Positions 1 to 7,291 of a DNA stretch of 29,124 nt are shown piece after piece (the first letter of the stretch is position 1; each line of letters begins with the position of its first letter). Location: contig CAYTGK010000002.1 of NCBI GenBank assembly GCA_964437305.1, forward strand, positions 1 to 29,124. The letters are read 5' to 3'. Under the pieces are notes generated by a model. It saw only the letters and a list, made by a program, of their open reading frames with translations, did no database searches and had not been told where the DNA came from. A program made the translations under genes and the position numbers. This DNA is from an uncultured Muribaculaceae bacterium. Its GTDB lineage: Bacteria > Bacillota_I > Bacilli_A > RF39 > UBA660.

Positions 1-196
1 ATTCCTCCGTGCCAATATCGGTAAGTAAAGCTTTACCACGATTATCAGGCATTGTATATCTTTGATTTAAATATCTTAAGGCTGCTCCTAATTCACTTTG
101 TGAACCACCATATTGTGTTACTAAAAGTTTTGCCATCCGTAAATCTTTCTTTTTAATATTTACTGGATATTGTAATCTCTTTTCATATGCCCACAT
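1..196 (-). CDS. cotJC: Manganese catalase family spore coat protein CotJC, 3' end runs off the window
   Basis: Manual translation from ATG at 196: MWAYEKRLQYPVNIKKKDLRMAKLLVTQYGGSQSELGAALRYLNQRYTMPDNRGKALLTDIGTEE, the typical CotJC/Mn-catalase N-terminus. Starts 1 nt after the CotJB-domain gene stop. Confidence 0.92.
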   Translation of the reverse strand, partial: MWAYEKRLQYPVNIKKKDLRMAKLLVTQYGGSQSELGAALRYLNQRYTMPDNRGKALLTDIGTEE

Positions 197-197
197 A

Positions 198-662
198 CTA
201 CATCTCCCATGGCCAAACATCATGTTCCCAAGCATATGGAGTTTTTGACATATCAAAACTGGAAACCTTAATTGGACCATATCTCCTTTCATAATTATTC
301 ATAAGTTCAAGAGCCATTTTACGATACTTGTTAAATAAATTTAAAGCTTCCTTATCATTTGGAAAATTATCTAAATATAAATTCAAATCATGAGCTGAAA
401 ATGATATTTGAGCAAGATTTAACATGGCCTCGTCACGTTCACTGTTAACTTTAATTTTATATGGTTTATAATTTTTATAACCATTATACAAGTCTTTAAA
501 CATATTACCTCTTGTATATCCTTCATATGGAGTATACAAAGATAATTGATTACTTGTCTCTGATTCATTATAATTATCCAAACTTAACGGACTATTATTC
601 ATATTTTGATTGCCTTTAAAGTTAGTAAAATAATCTATTTCATCAAACATATTATAATTCAT
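198..662 (-). CDS. cotJB: Spore coat protein, CotJA-CotJB fusion (about 154 aa)
   Basis: C-terminal half is CotJB-like (DLNLYLDNFPNDKEAL...YERRYGP...W...WPWE). The middle has a CotJA-like motif (LYTPYEGYTRGNMFKDLYNGY). GGAGGG SD at 671-666 favours ATG 662 over 677. Upstream of cotJC. Confidence 0.85.
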   Translation of the reverse strand: MNYNMFDEIDYFTNFKGNQNMNNSPLSLDNYNESETSNQLSLYTPYEGYTRGNMFKDLYNGYKNYKPYKIKVNSERDEAMLNLAQISFSAHDLNLYLDNFPNDKEALNLFNKYRKMALELMNNYERRYGPIKVSSFDMSKTPYAWEHDVWPWEM

Positions 663-693
663 ATTCCCTCCTATCATTATAATTTATTAGAAG

Positions 694-725
694 AAAAAAA
701 ATAGTTATATGATAAATAACTATTT
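694..725 (-). terminator. Intrinsic terminator after the 109-aa ORF
   Basis: 10-bp inverted repeat aaatagttat (699-708) / ataactattt (716-725), followed on the minus strand by a T-tract (A-run 694-701). All-AT-rich stem, so weak. Confidence 0.55.
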
Positions 726-1053
726 AGCCTAATATTTTTATATCTTTTATATCTTCGATTTTAATAATTTCATTATCCATAGTAATTATATGATTATTAA
801 CTACTCCAGCAATTTGACATTCTATTTCCTTATCAGCAAGCATAATTTTTACTTTAGTATTAAAAATATAACTATTTTGATTAATTAATTCTTTTATTTT
901 TTCCTTAACACTTAAATTATCATAATTGGAATTAATTGGAATTTCTTTTGATTTAAATGTTTCACTATTTTCTTTTAAACTATCAAAAACCTCTTTATTA
1001 TTATGAACTTTACCTGCTAATTCATTTTGATAAATTTTTGGTAACTTTTTCAA
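724..1053 (-). CDS. Hypothetical protein, 109 aa
   Basis: TTG start with GGGAGTGAT SD 3 nt upstream, followed by a terminator. No family recognised; the C-terminal half looks beta-rich. Confidence 0.75.
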   Translation of the reverse strand: MKKLPKIYQNELAGKVHNNKEVFDSLKENSETFKSKEIPINSNYDNLSVKEKIKELINQNSYIFNTKVKIMLADKEIECQIAGVVNNHIITMDNEIIKIEDIKDIKILG

Positions 1054-1070
1054 ATTATCACTCCCATTTA

Positions 1071-1098
1071 ATCTTATGTTATTTGTATATATTTATTA
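1071..1098 (-). promoter_or_regulatory. Possible sigma-E/K-type (mother-cell) promoter for the 109-aa ORF
   Basis: CATAAGAT (1078-1071) fits the CATAnnnT -10. TAATAAA (1098-1092) is -35-like, but the spacer is 13 nt, short of the usual ~14. Confidence 0.3.
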
Positions 1099-1113
1099 AT
1101 TTTTTTCATACTA
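1085..1113 (+). promoter_or_regulatory. Sigma-G-type forespore promoter
   Basis: GTATA (1085-1089), 17 nt, CATACTA (1107-1113): exact match to the B. subtilis sigma-G consensus GHATR-N17/18-CATWHTA. Confidence 0.6.
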
Positions 1114-1118
1114 ATAAT

Positions 1119-2234
1119 ATGAAAACGAATAGAACAAGTTTAAATATTATAATTTCAATAATAATTTTTGCAATTATTAGCATCCTCTCTATTTATACAA
1201 CTAGAGTTTTTTTAAAAGATTCATTTTCATCTCTTTATTTAAAACAATTGATTTTTTATATTATAGGAACAATAGTTACTATTTTTATAACCTACAAAGG
1301 TTTTAATCTTTTAAAACGTTATCACTTCTTAATTTATGTTGGAGTAAATATTCTCCTTCTAAGTTTGCTTCTTTTTGGAGTAAATGTCAATGGTAGTAAA
1401 TGTTGGTTTTATATTGGTCCTTTTAGTTTTCAACCAAGTGAACTTGCCAAGATTAGTTTGATTATCACATTATCTTCAGTAATTACTAAATTTAAACAAA
1501 AAAAAGATAAGTCTATGAAAGGAGAATTTTTCTTACTTTTAAAACTTTTTATTTTAACACTTATTCCAGCTATTTTAACTTTTTTAGAACCTGATACTGG
1601 AGTTGTTATTATTTATTTTTTAATTTTATTAACCTTAATAATCTTTACTGGAATTAATAAAAAGTGGTATATAATTGGTGGATTATTGATAGTTTTTATT
1701 CTAGGAACTTTCTTCGGTTTATATTTTTTTAATCGTGATTTATTTTTAAATATTGTTGGAGAAAATATTTTTTATCGATTAGATAGAATTTTAAATTGGA
1801 CAAATTCAAGTGGCTATCAACTTAAAAATAGCTTAATTGCAATTTCAGCAAGTGGAATAATGGGATTTGGTTTTAATAAAAATTCCGTTTATATTCCTGA
1901 ACCTCAAACTGATTTTATCTTTGCAACTTATACTGCTAATTTTGGTTTTTTAGGAGCAATTTTTTTAATATTTATTATGATTGTTTTTGATTCATCTATT
2001 TTAAGACTTGCTACTAAAAAAATTAATATGCTTGATAAGTATATAATTATTGGGATATTCATTATGCTTTTTTATGGTCAAGTTCAAAATATTGCTATGA
2101 CATTAGGTCTTTTACCAATAACGGGTATTCCCCTTCCCTTTATAAGTTATGGAGGTTCTAGTTTAATATCCTATATGTTTATAATTGGTATTCTTTTAAA
2201 CATTAATAAAGAAAGACTAAAATACAGGAATTAA
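1119..2234 (+). CDS. SEDS family protein (FtsW/RodA/SpoVE), 371 aa
   Basis: Motifs GSKCWFYIGPFSFQPSELAK, EPDTG, SGYQL, IPEPQTDFIF, GLLPITGIPLPFISYGGSS; about 10 TM segments. The ORF-track start 957 overlaps the divergent gene; ATG 1119 is the plausible start and has no SD. Confidence 0.95.
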   Translation: MKTNRTSLNIIISIIIFAIISILSIYTTRVFLKDSFSSLYLKQLIFYIIGTIVTIFITYKGFNLLKRYHFLIYVGVNILLLSLLLFGVNVNGSKCWFYIGPFSFQPSELAKISLIITLSSVITKFKQKKDKSMKGEFFLLLKLFILTLIPAILTFLEPDTGVVIIYFLILLTLIIFTGINKKWYIIGGLLIVFILGTFFGLYFFNRDLFLNIVGENIFYRLDRILNWTNSSGYQLKNSLIAISASGIMGFGFNKNSVYIPEPQTDFIFATYTANFGFLGAIFLIFIMIVFDSSILRLATKKINMLDKYIIIGIFIMLFYGQVQNIAMTLGLLPITGIPLPFISYGGSSLISYMFIIGILLNINKERLKYRN

Positions 2235-2272
2235 GTTTTAAATATTATCATAAACTTTTTTAGGTGATTAAT

Positions 2273-3643
2273 TTGCAAAAAGTCATTATAAATGCTGTTT
2301 ATGGAGGAAATGAATCAGGAACTGTTTCAGAAAATTTAATAGAGAAAAATTTTAATTTAGAAATTTCTAAAAAAATATATAATAATTTAAAAAATTTAGG
2401 TCTTGATGTTTATTTAGTTCGAGATGATGATAAAACTTTAAGTAATGAAGAAAGACTTGAAATTATTAATAGTTATTTAAACACAGATGATGATGAAGTA
2501 ATTGTTCTTTCAAATATGCTATCAAGTGGAAACGATGCTGGAGCTGAAATTATCTATGCTCTTAGAAATGATGATGATTTAGCTAGAGAAATAAGTAACT
2601 ATATTGAAGAAATTGGTCAAGATATTTTAAAATATTATCAACTTAGAGATCCTAATGATACAGCCCTTGATTATTACAGTATTATAGGTGGAGTTCCTAA
2701 TAATGTTGAAAGTATAATTGTAAGTTATGGTTACCCTTCTAATAGTTTTGATAATCGTTTTTTAACTAATAACATTGATACTCTTGCAGAAGCAGTTTCA
2801 AATGCTATCTATGATTATTTAAAAAGAGTTAATATTTATATAGTTCAACCTGGAGATTCTTTATATCGAATTGCTGAAAAATTTAATACCACTGTTCAAG
2901 CTATTAAAGAATTAAATAATTTAACAAGTAATAATTTATTTATTGGTCAAGAACTTTTTATTCCAAAATCTACTCAAACACCTAAACCTGATAATAATTC
3001 AGATACTAATTTCTTTAATTATACAGTTGAATTTGGGGATACTTTGTATTCAATTGCAAGAAAATATAATACAACTGTCAATGTTTTAAAGGAAATTAAT
3101 AATTTAACAAGTAATAATTTATCTATTGGTCAAATTTTAAAAATTCCAACAAGAATAACAAATGAAGATACAAATAACTATATAATTTATACTGTAAAAG
3201 CTGGAGACTCTTTATATAAAATAGCTCAAAACTATGGAGTAAGTGTTGATGAAATTAAGAATTTAAATGGTTTAAGTAACAATTTACTTTCAATTGGACA
3301 AATGTTAAAAATACCAACTCAAACTAATAATAATTCAGAAATTTTAACTTATATAGTAAAAGCAGGAGACTCTTTATATAAAATAGCTATTCTTTATGGA
3401 ACAACGGTTGATGCTATTAAAGAATTAAATAACTTAACAAGCAATAATTTATCTATTGGTCAAGTTTTAAAAATTCCTAATAGTAGTAATACTTCTTATA
3501 TTAGTTATATTGTAAAAGCAGGTGATTCCTTATATAAAATAGCCAATTTATATTCAACAAGTGTTAATGCTATCAAAGAATTAAATAACTTAACAAGTAA
3601 TAATTTATCTATTGGTCAAGTTTTAAAAATTCCAACAAGTTAA
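2273..3643 (+). CDS. Amidase_3-like domain (catalytically degenerate) plus five LysM domains, about 456 aa
   Basis: TTG at 2273 lies 4 nt after AGGTGAT. N-terminal Amidase_3-fold motifs (IINAVYGG, EKNFNL, VRDDDKTLSNEERL, GAEIIY), then five YxVxxGDsLyxIA...N.L..N.L.IGQ.L.IP repeats. Confidence 0.9.
   Translation: MQKVIINAVYGGNESGTVSENLIEKNFNLEISKKIYNNLKNLGLDVYLVRDDDKTLSNEERLEIINSYLNTDDDEVIVLSNMLSSGNDAGAEIIYALRNDDDLAREISNYIEEIGQDILKYYQLRDPNDTALDYYSIIGGVPNNVESIIVSYGYPSNSFDNRFLTNNIDTLAEAVSNAIYDYLKRVNIYIVQPGDSLYRIAEKFNTTVQAIKELNNLTSNNLFIGQELFIPKSTQTPKPDNNSDTNFFNYTVEFGDTLYSIARKYNTTVNVLKEINNLTSNNLSIGQILKIPTRITNEDTNNYIIYTVKAGDSLYKIAQNYGVSVDEIKNLNGLSNNLLSIGQMLKIPTQTNNNSEILTYIVKAGDSLYKIAILYGTTVDAIKELNNLTSNNLSIGQVLKIPNSSNTSYISYIVKAGDSLYKIANLYSTSVNAIKELNNLTSNNLSIGQVLKIPTS
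3411..3633 (+). repeat. Near-identical intragenic direct repeat (LysM4/LysM5)
   Basis: 3411-3477 and 3567-3633 match at 65 of 67 nt, period 156 nt; both differences are synonymous third positions. Confidence 0.9.
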
Positions 3644-3648
3644 AAATA

Positions 3649-5784
3649 TTATTCTAAAAATAAGCTTAAAGATACTTTTTCTTTTTCTTTATTAATATCA
3701 ATAACATAAACATCAACTATATCTCCAACACTTAAAACATCACTTGGACTATGAACATAATCTTTAGAAATTTTCGAAATATGAATTAAGCCATCATTAT
3801 GAAGTCCAATATCAACAAAAGCTCCAAAATCAACAACATTTCTAACTGTTCCTTGTAATTTATCATTAATTTTCAAATTATCAATTGTTAAAATATCACT
3901 TCGTAAGATTGGTTTTTCTAAATTATCTCTTGGATCTCGATTTGGTTTTTCAAGAGATTTTACAATATCTTCAAAAGTATATTTATCAATTCCTAAATTT
4001 TCTTGATAAGTAATTTTTTTAAGTTTATTACTTAGTTCATTAGTACCAAGTTCTGATAAAGAAGAATCAACTAATTTTAATATTTTTAAAGCATCATTAT
4101 AATTATCTGGATGAATAGCAGTTTTATCAAGAGGATTGTCTCCATCAATAATTCTTAAAAAGCCAATAGATTGTTCATATATTTTATCACTCATACCTTT
4201 AATTTTTTTAATTTCTTCACGATTTCTTATCTTGCCAACTTTTTCTTTATAAGCAAGAATATTTTCAATAACATTCTTTTTTAAACCTGATACATAAGCA
4301 AGAATTGAACTAGAAGCATTATTAATATTTACTCCTACTTGGTTAACAATTTTTGAAACGGTAAAATTAAGTGATGATGATAAGTCTTTAACTGGGACAT
4401 CATGTTGATATAATCCTACTCCAATACTTTTAGGATCAATCTTAACAAGTTCCGATAAACTATCTTGAAGTCGTCTTGCTAAACTGATAGCACTTCTTTT
4501 TTCAACAGGTAAATCAGGAAACTCTAAAGCTCCTAATTTACTAGCTGAATAAACACTTGCTCCAGCTTCATTCACGATTATATATTCAACTTTTCGATCT
4601 ATTTTTTTGATAATATTAACTACAAATTCTTCATTTTCTCGACTAGCAGTTCCATTTCCAATTGCAATAATTGAAACTTTATATTTATTTATTAAATCAA
4701 TAATAACCTTTTCACTTTCTTCTATTTTATTATGTGGAGGAGCAGGATAAATAACCGTAATATCTAATACTTGTCCATTTGGGGCAACAACTGCAACTTT
4801 AGTTCCCGTTCTATATCCAGGATCAAGTGCTAATACTACTTTATCTTTAATAGGTGGTGTTAATAAAAGATGTTCTAAATTCTTACTAAAGTTTTCAATT
4901 GCACTTTCATTTGCTTTCTCTGTAATACTACTTCTAATTTCTCTTTCAATACTTGGTAAAATTAACCTACTTAAACTATCTTTAATAGCTTCTTTTACAA
5001 TCAATGCACTCATAGTATTTTTATTTTTAATAATTTTATTTTCTAAATAAGTCTCTAAATATATTTTATCATAATCAAAAGAAACTGTAATAACTTTTTC
5101 ATGTTCAGCACGATTGATAGCTAAAACTCGGTGAGGTTTAATACTTTTAACTTTTTCCATATAATCATAATACATTTCATAAATTTTATTACTGTCTGGA
5201 TTATTCTTTTTAACTTTAGTTTTTATTGCTGCAACTCGCTCTATATAACTTCGAATATATTTTCTAAATTTTGCATTATCACTTATATTTTCAGCTATTA
5301 TATAACTTGCTCCTTGAATAGCTTCTTCTTTGGTTTTTATGTTTTCATTAATATATTTTAAAGCTTCTTTTTGAATATCAATATCTAAAAACTTCATAAT
5401 TAATGTAGCTAAAGGTTCTAGTCCATTTTTAATTGCTTCACTAGCTTTTGTCTTTTTCTTTTCTTTATATGGCAAATATAAATCTTCAACATCAACTAAT
5501 TTTGTACAACTAAGAATTTCATTCTTTAATTCTGGTGTCATCATATCTTTTTCTTCAATTAATCTAATAACATCAAGTTTTCTATTATATAAATTTTCTT
5601 GATATTTATACATAGTTTCAATAGCTCGAATCTTTTCTTCATCTAAAGCTCCTGTTACTTCTTTTCGATATCTTGCAATAAAAGGAATAGTATTCCCATC
5701 TGCTAATAATTTTACTACTGCTTCAATTTGTTTTTTACTAATTCTTAATTCTTTTTCTAAAATTTCAATTATATCAACATTCAT
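3649..5784 (-). CDS. tex: Tex/YhgF family RNA-binding transcriptional accessory protein
   Basis: GNTIPFIARYRKEVTG N-terminus, YqgF-like LALDPGYRTG/AIGNGTASRE, EAGASVYSAS, HhH region, C-terminal S1 domain (GTVRNVVDFGAFVDIG). SD GAGGT. Confidence 0.96.
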   Translation of the reverse strand: MNVDIIEILEKELRISKKQIEAVVKLLADGNTIPFIARYRKEVTGALDEEKIRAIETMYKYQENLYNRKLDVIRLIEEKDMMTPELKNEILSCTKLVDVEDLYLPYKEKKKTKASEAIKNGLEPLATLIMKFLDIDIQKEALKYINENIKTKEEAIQGASYIIAENISDNAKFRKYIRSYIERVAAIKTKVKKNNPDSNKIYEMYYDYMEKVKSIKPHRVLAINRAEHEKVITVSFDYDKIYLETYLENKIIKNKNTMSALIVKEAIKDSLSRLILPSIEREIRSSITEKANESAIENFSKNLEHLLLTPPIKDKVVLALDPGYRTGTKVAVVAPNGQVLDITVIYPAPPHNKIEESEKVIIDLINKYKVSIIAIGNGTASRENEEFVVNIIKKIDRKVEYIIVNEAGASVYSASKLGALEFPDLPVEKRSAISLARRLQDSLSELVKIDPKSIGVGLYQHDVPVKDLSSSLNFTVSKIVNQVGVNINNASSSILAYVSGLKKNVIENILAYKEKVGKIRNREEIKKIKGMSDKIYEQSIGFLRIIDGDNPLDKTAIHPDNYNDALKILKLVDSSLSELGTNELSNKLKKITYQENLGIDKYTFEDIVKSLEKPNRDPRDNLEKPILRSDILTIDNLKINDKLQGTVRNVVDFGAFVDIGLHNDGLIHISKISKDYVHSPSDVLSVGDIVDVYVIDINKEKEKVSLSLFLE

Positions 5785-5846
5785 ATTTTTAACCTCACTT
5801 AATTATTATAAATAAAAGTTTAAGATATTTTTAATCTTACTATTTT

Positions 5847-7190
5847 TTAAAAATTGGCATTGTCCAAAATTTTATCAAAGTTACTTTCTAAAAGACTTTT
5901 TAAAATATTTTTAATAATATCATTAATTTCATCTTCAGTTAAATCTTTAATATCAACAGATTTACTTACATCTAACTCTGAAACTTCATCATCAGTATAA
6001 CTTCGCATTATATTACCTTTAATACTAAACTTATTTTCACCATTTACAATATTAGCTATAATTTCTGATTCATTACTAGCATCATCTTTAATTTTAACAT
6101 TAATCTTAATATCAAACTTTTTTTCTTCTTGAGATTTTTCACTAATTATTGAAACTTGAATATTATCTTCACTTACTTTATTTATATTTATTTCTGTACT
6201 AATATCTTTATCTTTAATTTTTACTGAATAATTATCCTTTTGATTAGTATAAGAAAAAGTACAAATTAATTCCTGATTATCATAATCTTCATAAGTAAAT
6301 TTATCATCAGCCAAAGTTAATTTATCTTCATTATTAATTAAATATTCCCCTTTTTTTTGTTTAATAATTTCCGTTTTATTATCATCTTTGGTTATCACAA
6401 TACTCTGAACTTTTTTATTGAAACGATTAATTATAAACTCAATCTTAACATTTTTAGCATTTATTTTAAAATCAAAATTTGAAGATTTAATAATATTTTG
6501 TAATTTAGAATCTTGCTTGCATAATTCTTTAAATTTTTCTTCAATCTTGGAAATATTTTGTTCATTAAACTCATAAGTATATTTAATTTCTTCTATACTA
6601 ATATTTTCACTTTTCATATCAGATTCTTTTAAAGCTTCAAAAAAGTATTTAATAAAACTTTCAAGAATAATCTTTATATCACCAACTGTATAAGTTTCTT
6701 TTTCTAACTCTTTAAGACTTGGAAATATATTCATGCTTAATTTTAATAATCTAATTGGTTTTTCATATAAATTTTCATAGTTTAAATAAATTGAATCTCC
6801 TGCAACATAGAAAGTTTCTTTTAATAAACTTTTATCACTCTCTAATAAATTTAAATTAATTCTAATTTTTTCATCTTCTAGTGATGTTAATGAATCATAT
6901 GAAATAGTGTAGTCTTTTAAAAAACTAAGACTTTCTAAGTTTGAATCAAACATAAGTGTTCCTGTTTGTTTAGTATTTTTTAATTCTTTATTAGTCTTGA
7001 TATTTGAAAAAGTATCAAATGCATTAGTAATATAACTTGAAGTTTTAGTTGATAATTTTGTTAAATACCTATCTGGTTTATTTTGATTAAAGAATAATAA
7101 ATAACCTAAACCTAATACTAATATCAAAACTATTACTAAAATAATAGCTATTCTTTTTCCTTTATTTTTTTGAACTACATCTTTTTCCAT
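5847..7190 (-). CDS. Hypothetical membrane-anchored protein, about 447 aa
   Basis: GGAGG SD precedes ATG 7190 (MEKDVV). One N-terminal TM helix (RIAIILVIVLILVLGLGYLLFF), then a long hydrophilic, beta-strand-like domain. Confidence 0.75.
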   Translation of the reverse strand: MEKDVVQKNKGKRIAIILVIVLILVLGLGYLLFFNQNKPDRYLTKLSTKTSSYITNAFDTFSNIKTNKELKNTKQTGTLMFDSNLESLSFLKDYTISYDSLTSLEDEKIRINLNLLESDKSLLKETFYVAGDSIYLNYENLYEKPIRLLKLSMNIFPSLKELEKETYTVGDIKIILESFIKYFFEALKESDMKSENISIEEIKYTYEFNEQNISKIEEKFKELCKQDSKLQNIIKSSNFDFKINAKNVKIEFIINRFNKKVQSIVITKDDNKTEIIKQKKGEYLINNEDKLTLADDKFTYEDYDNQELICTFSYTNQKDNYSVKIKDKDISTEININKVSEDNIQVSIISEKSQEEKKFDIKINVKIKDDASNESEIIANIVNGENKFSIKGNIMRSYTDDEVSELDVSKSVDIKDLTEDEINDIIKNILKSLLESNFDKILDNANF

Positions 7191-7291
7191 TTTTCCTCCT
7201 TCATATAAATATAATAACATTATTTTTTAATTATGCTAATTCTAAAAATATTATTGTACAAAAATTGAAATATCAATTTTGTTAGCTCATT

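Noticed and set aside
681-712. Sigma-E promoter for the cotJ operon (TCATATA...AATAAATT on the minus strand)
   Set aside because: Expected biologically, but spacing (15-17 nt) and -10 match are imperfect and it overlaps a terminator hairpin; not listed as a feature.
957-1118. N-terminal extension of the SEDS ORF (also the extensions at 7191-7220, 11710-11763 and 22581-22613)
   Set aside because: They overlap divergent genes or promoters and lack SD support; better starts exist downstream.
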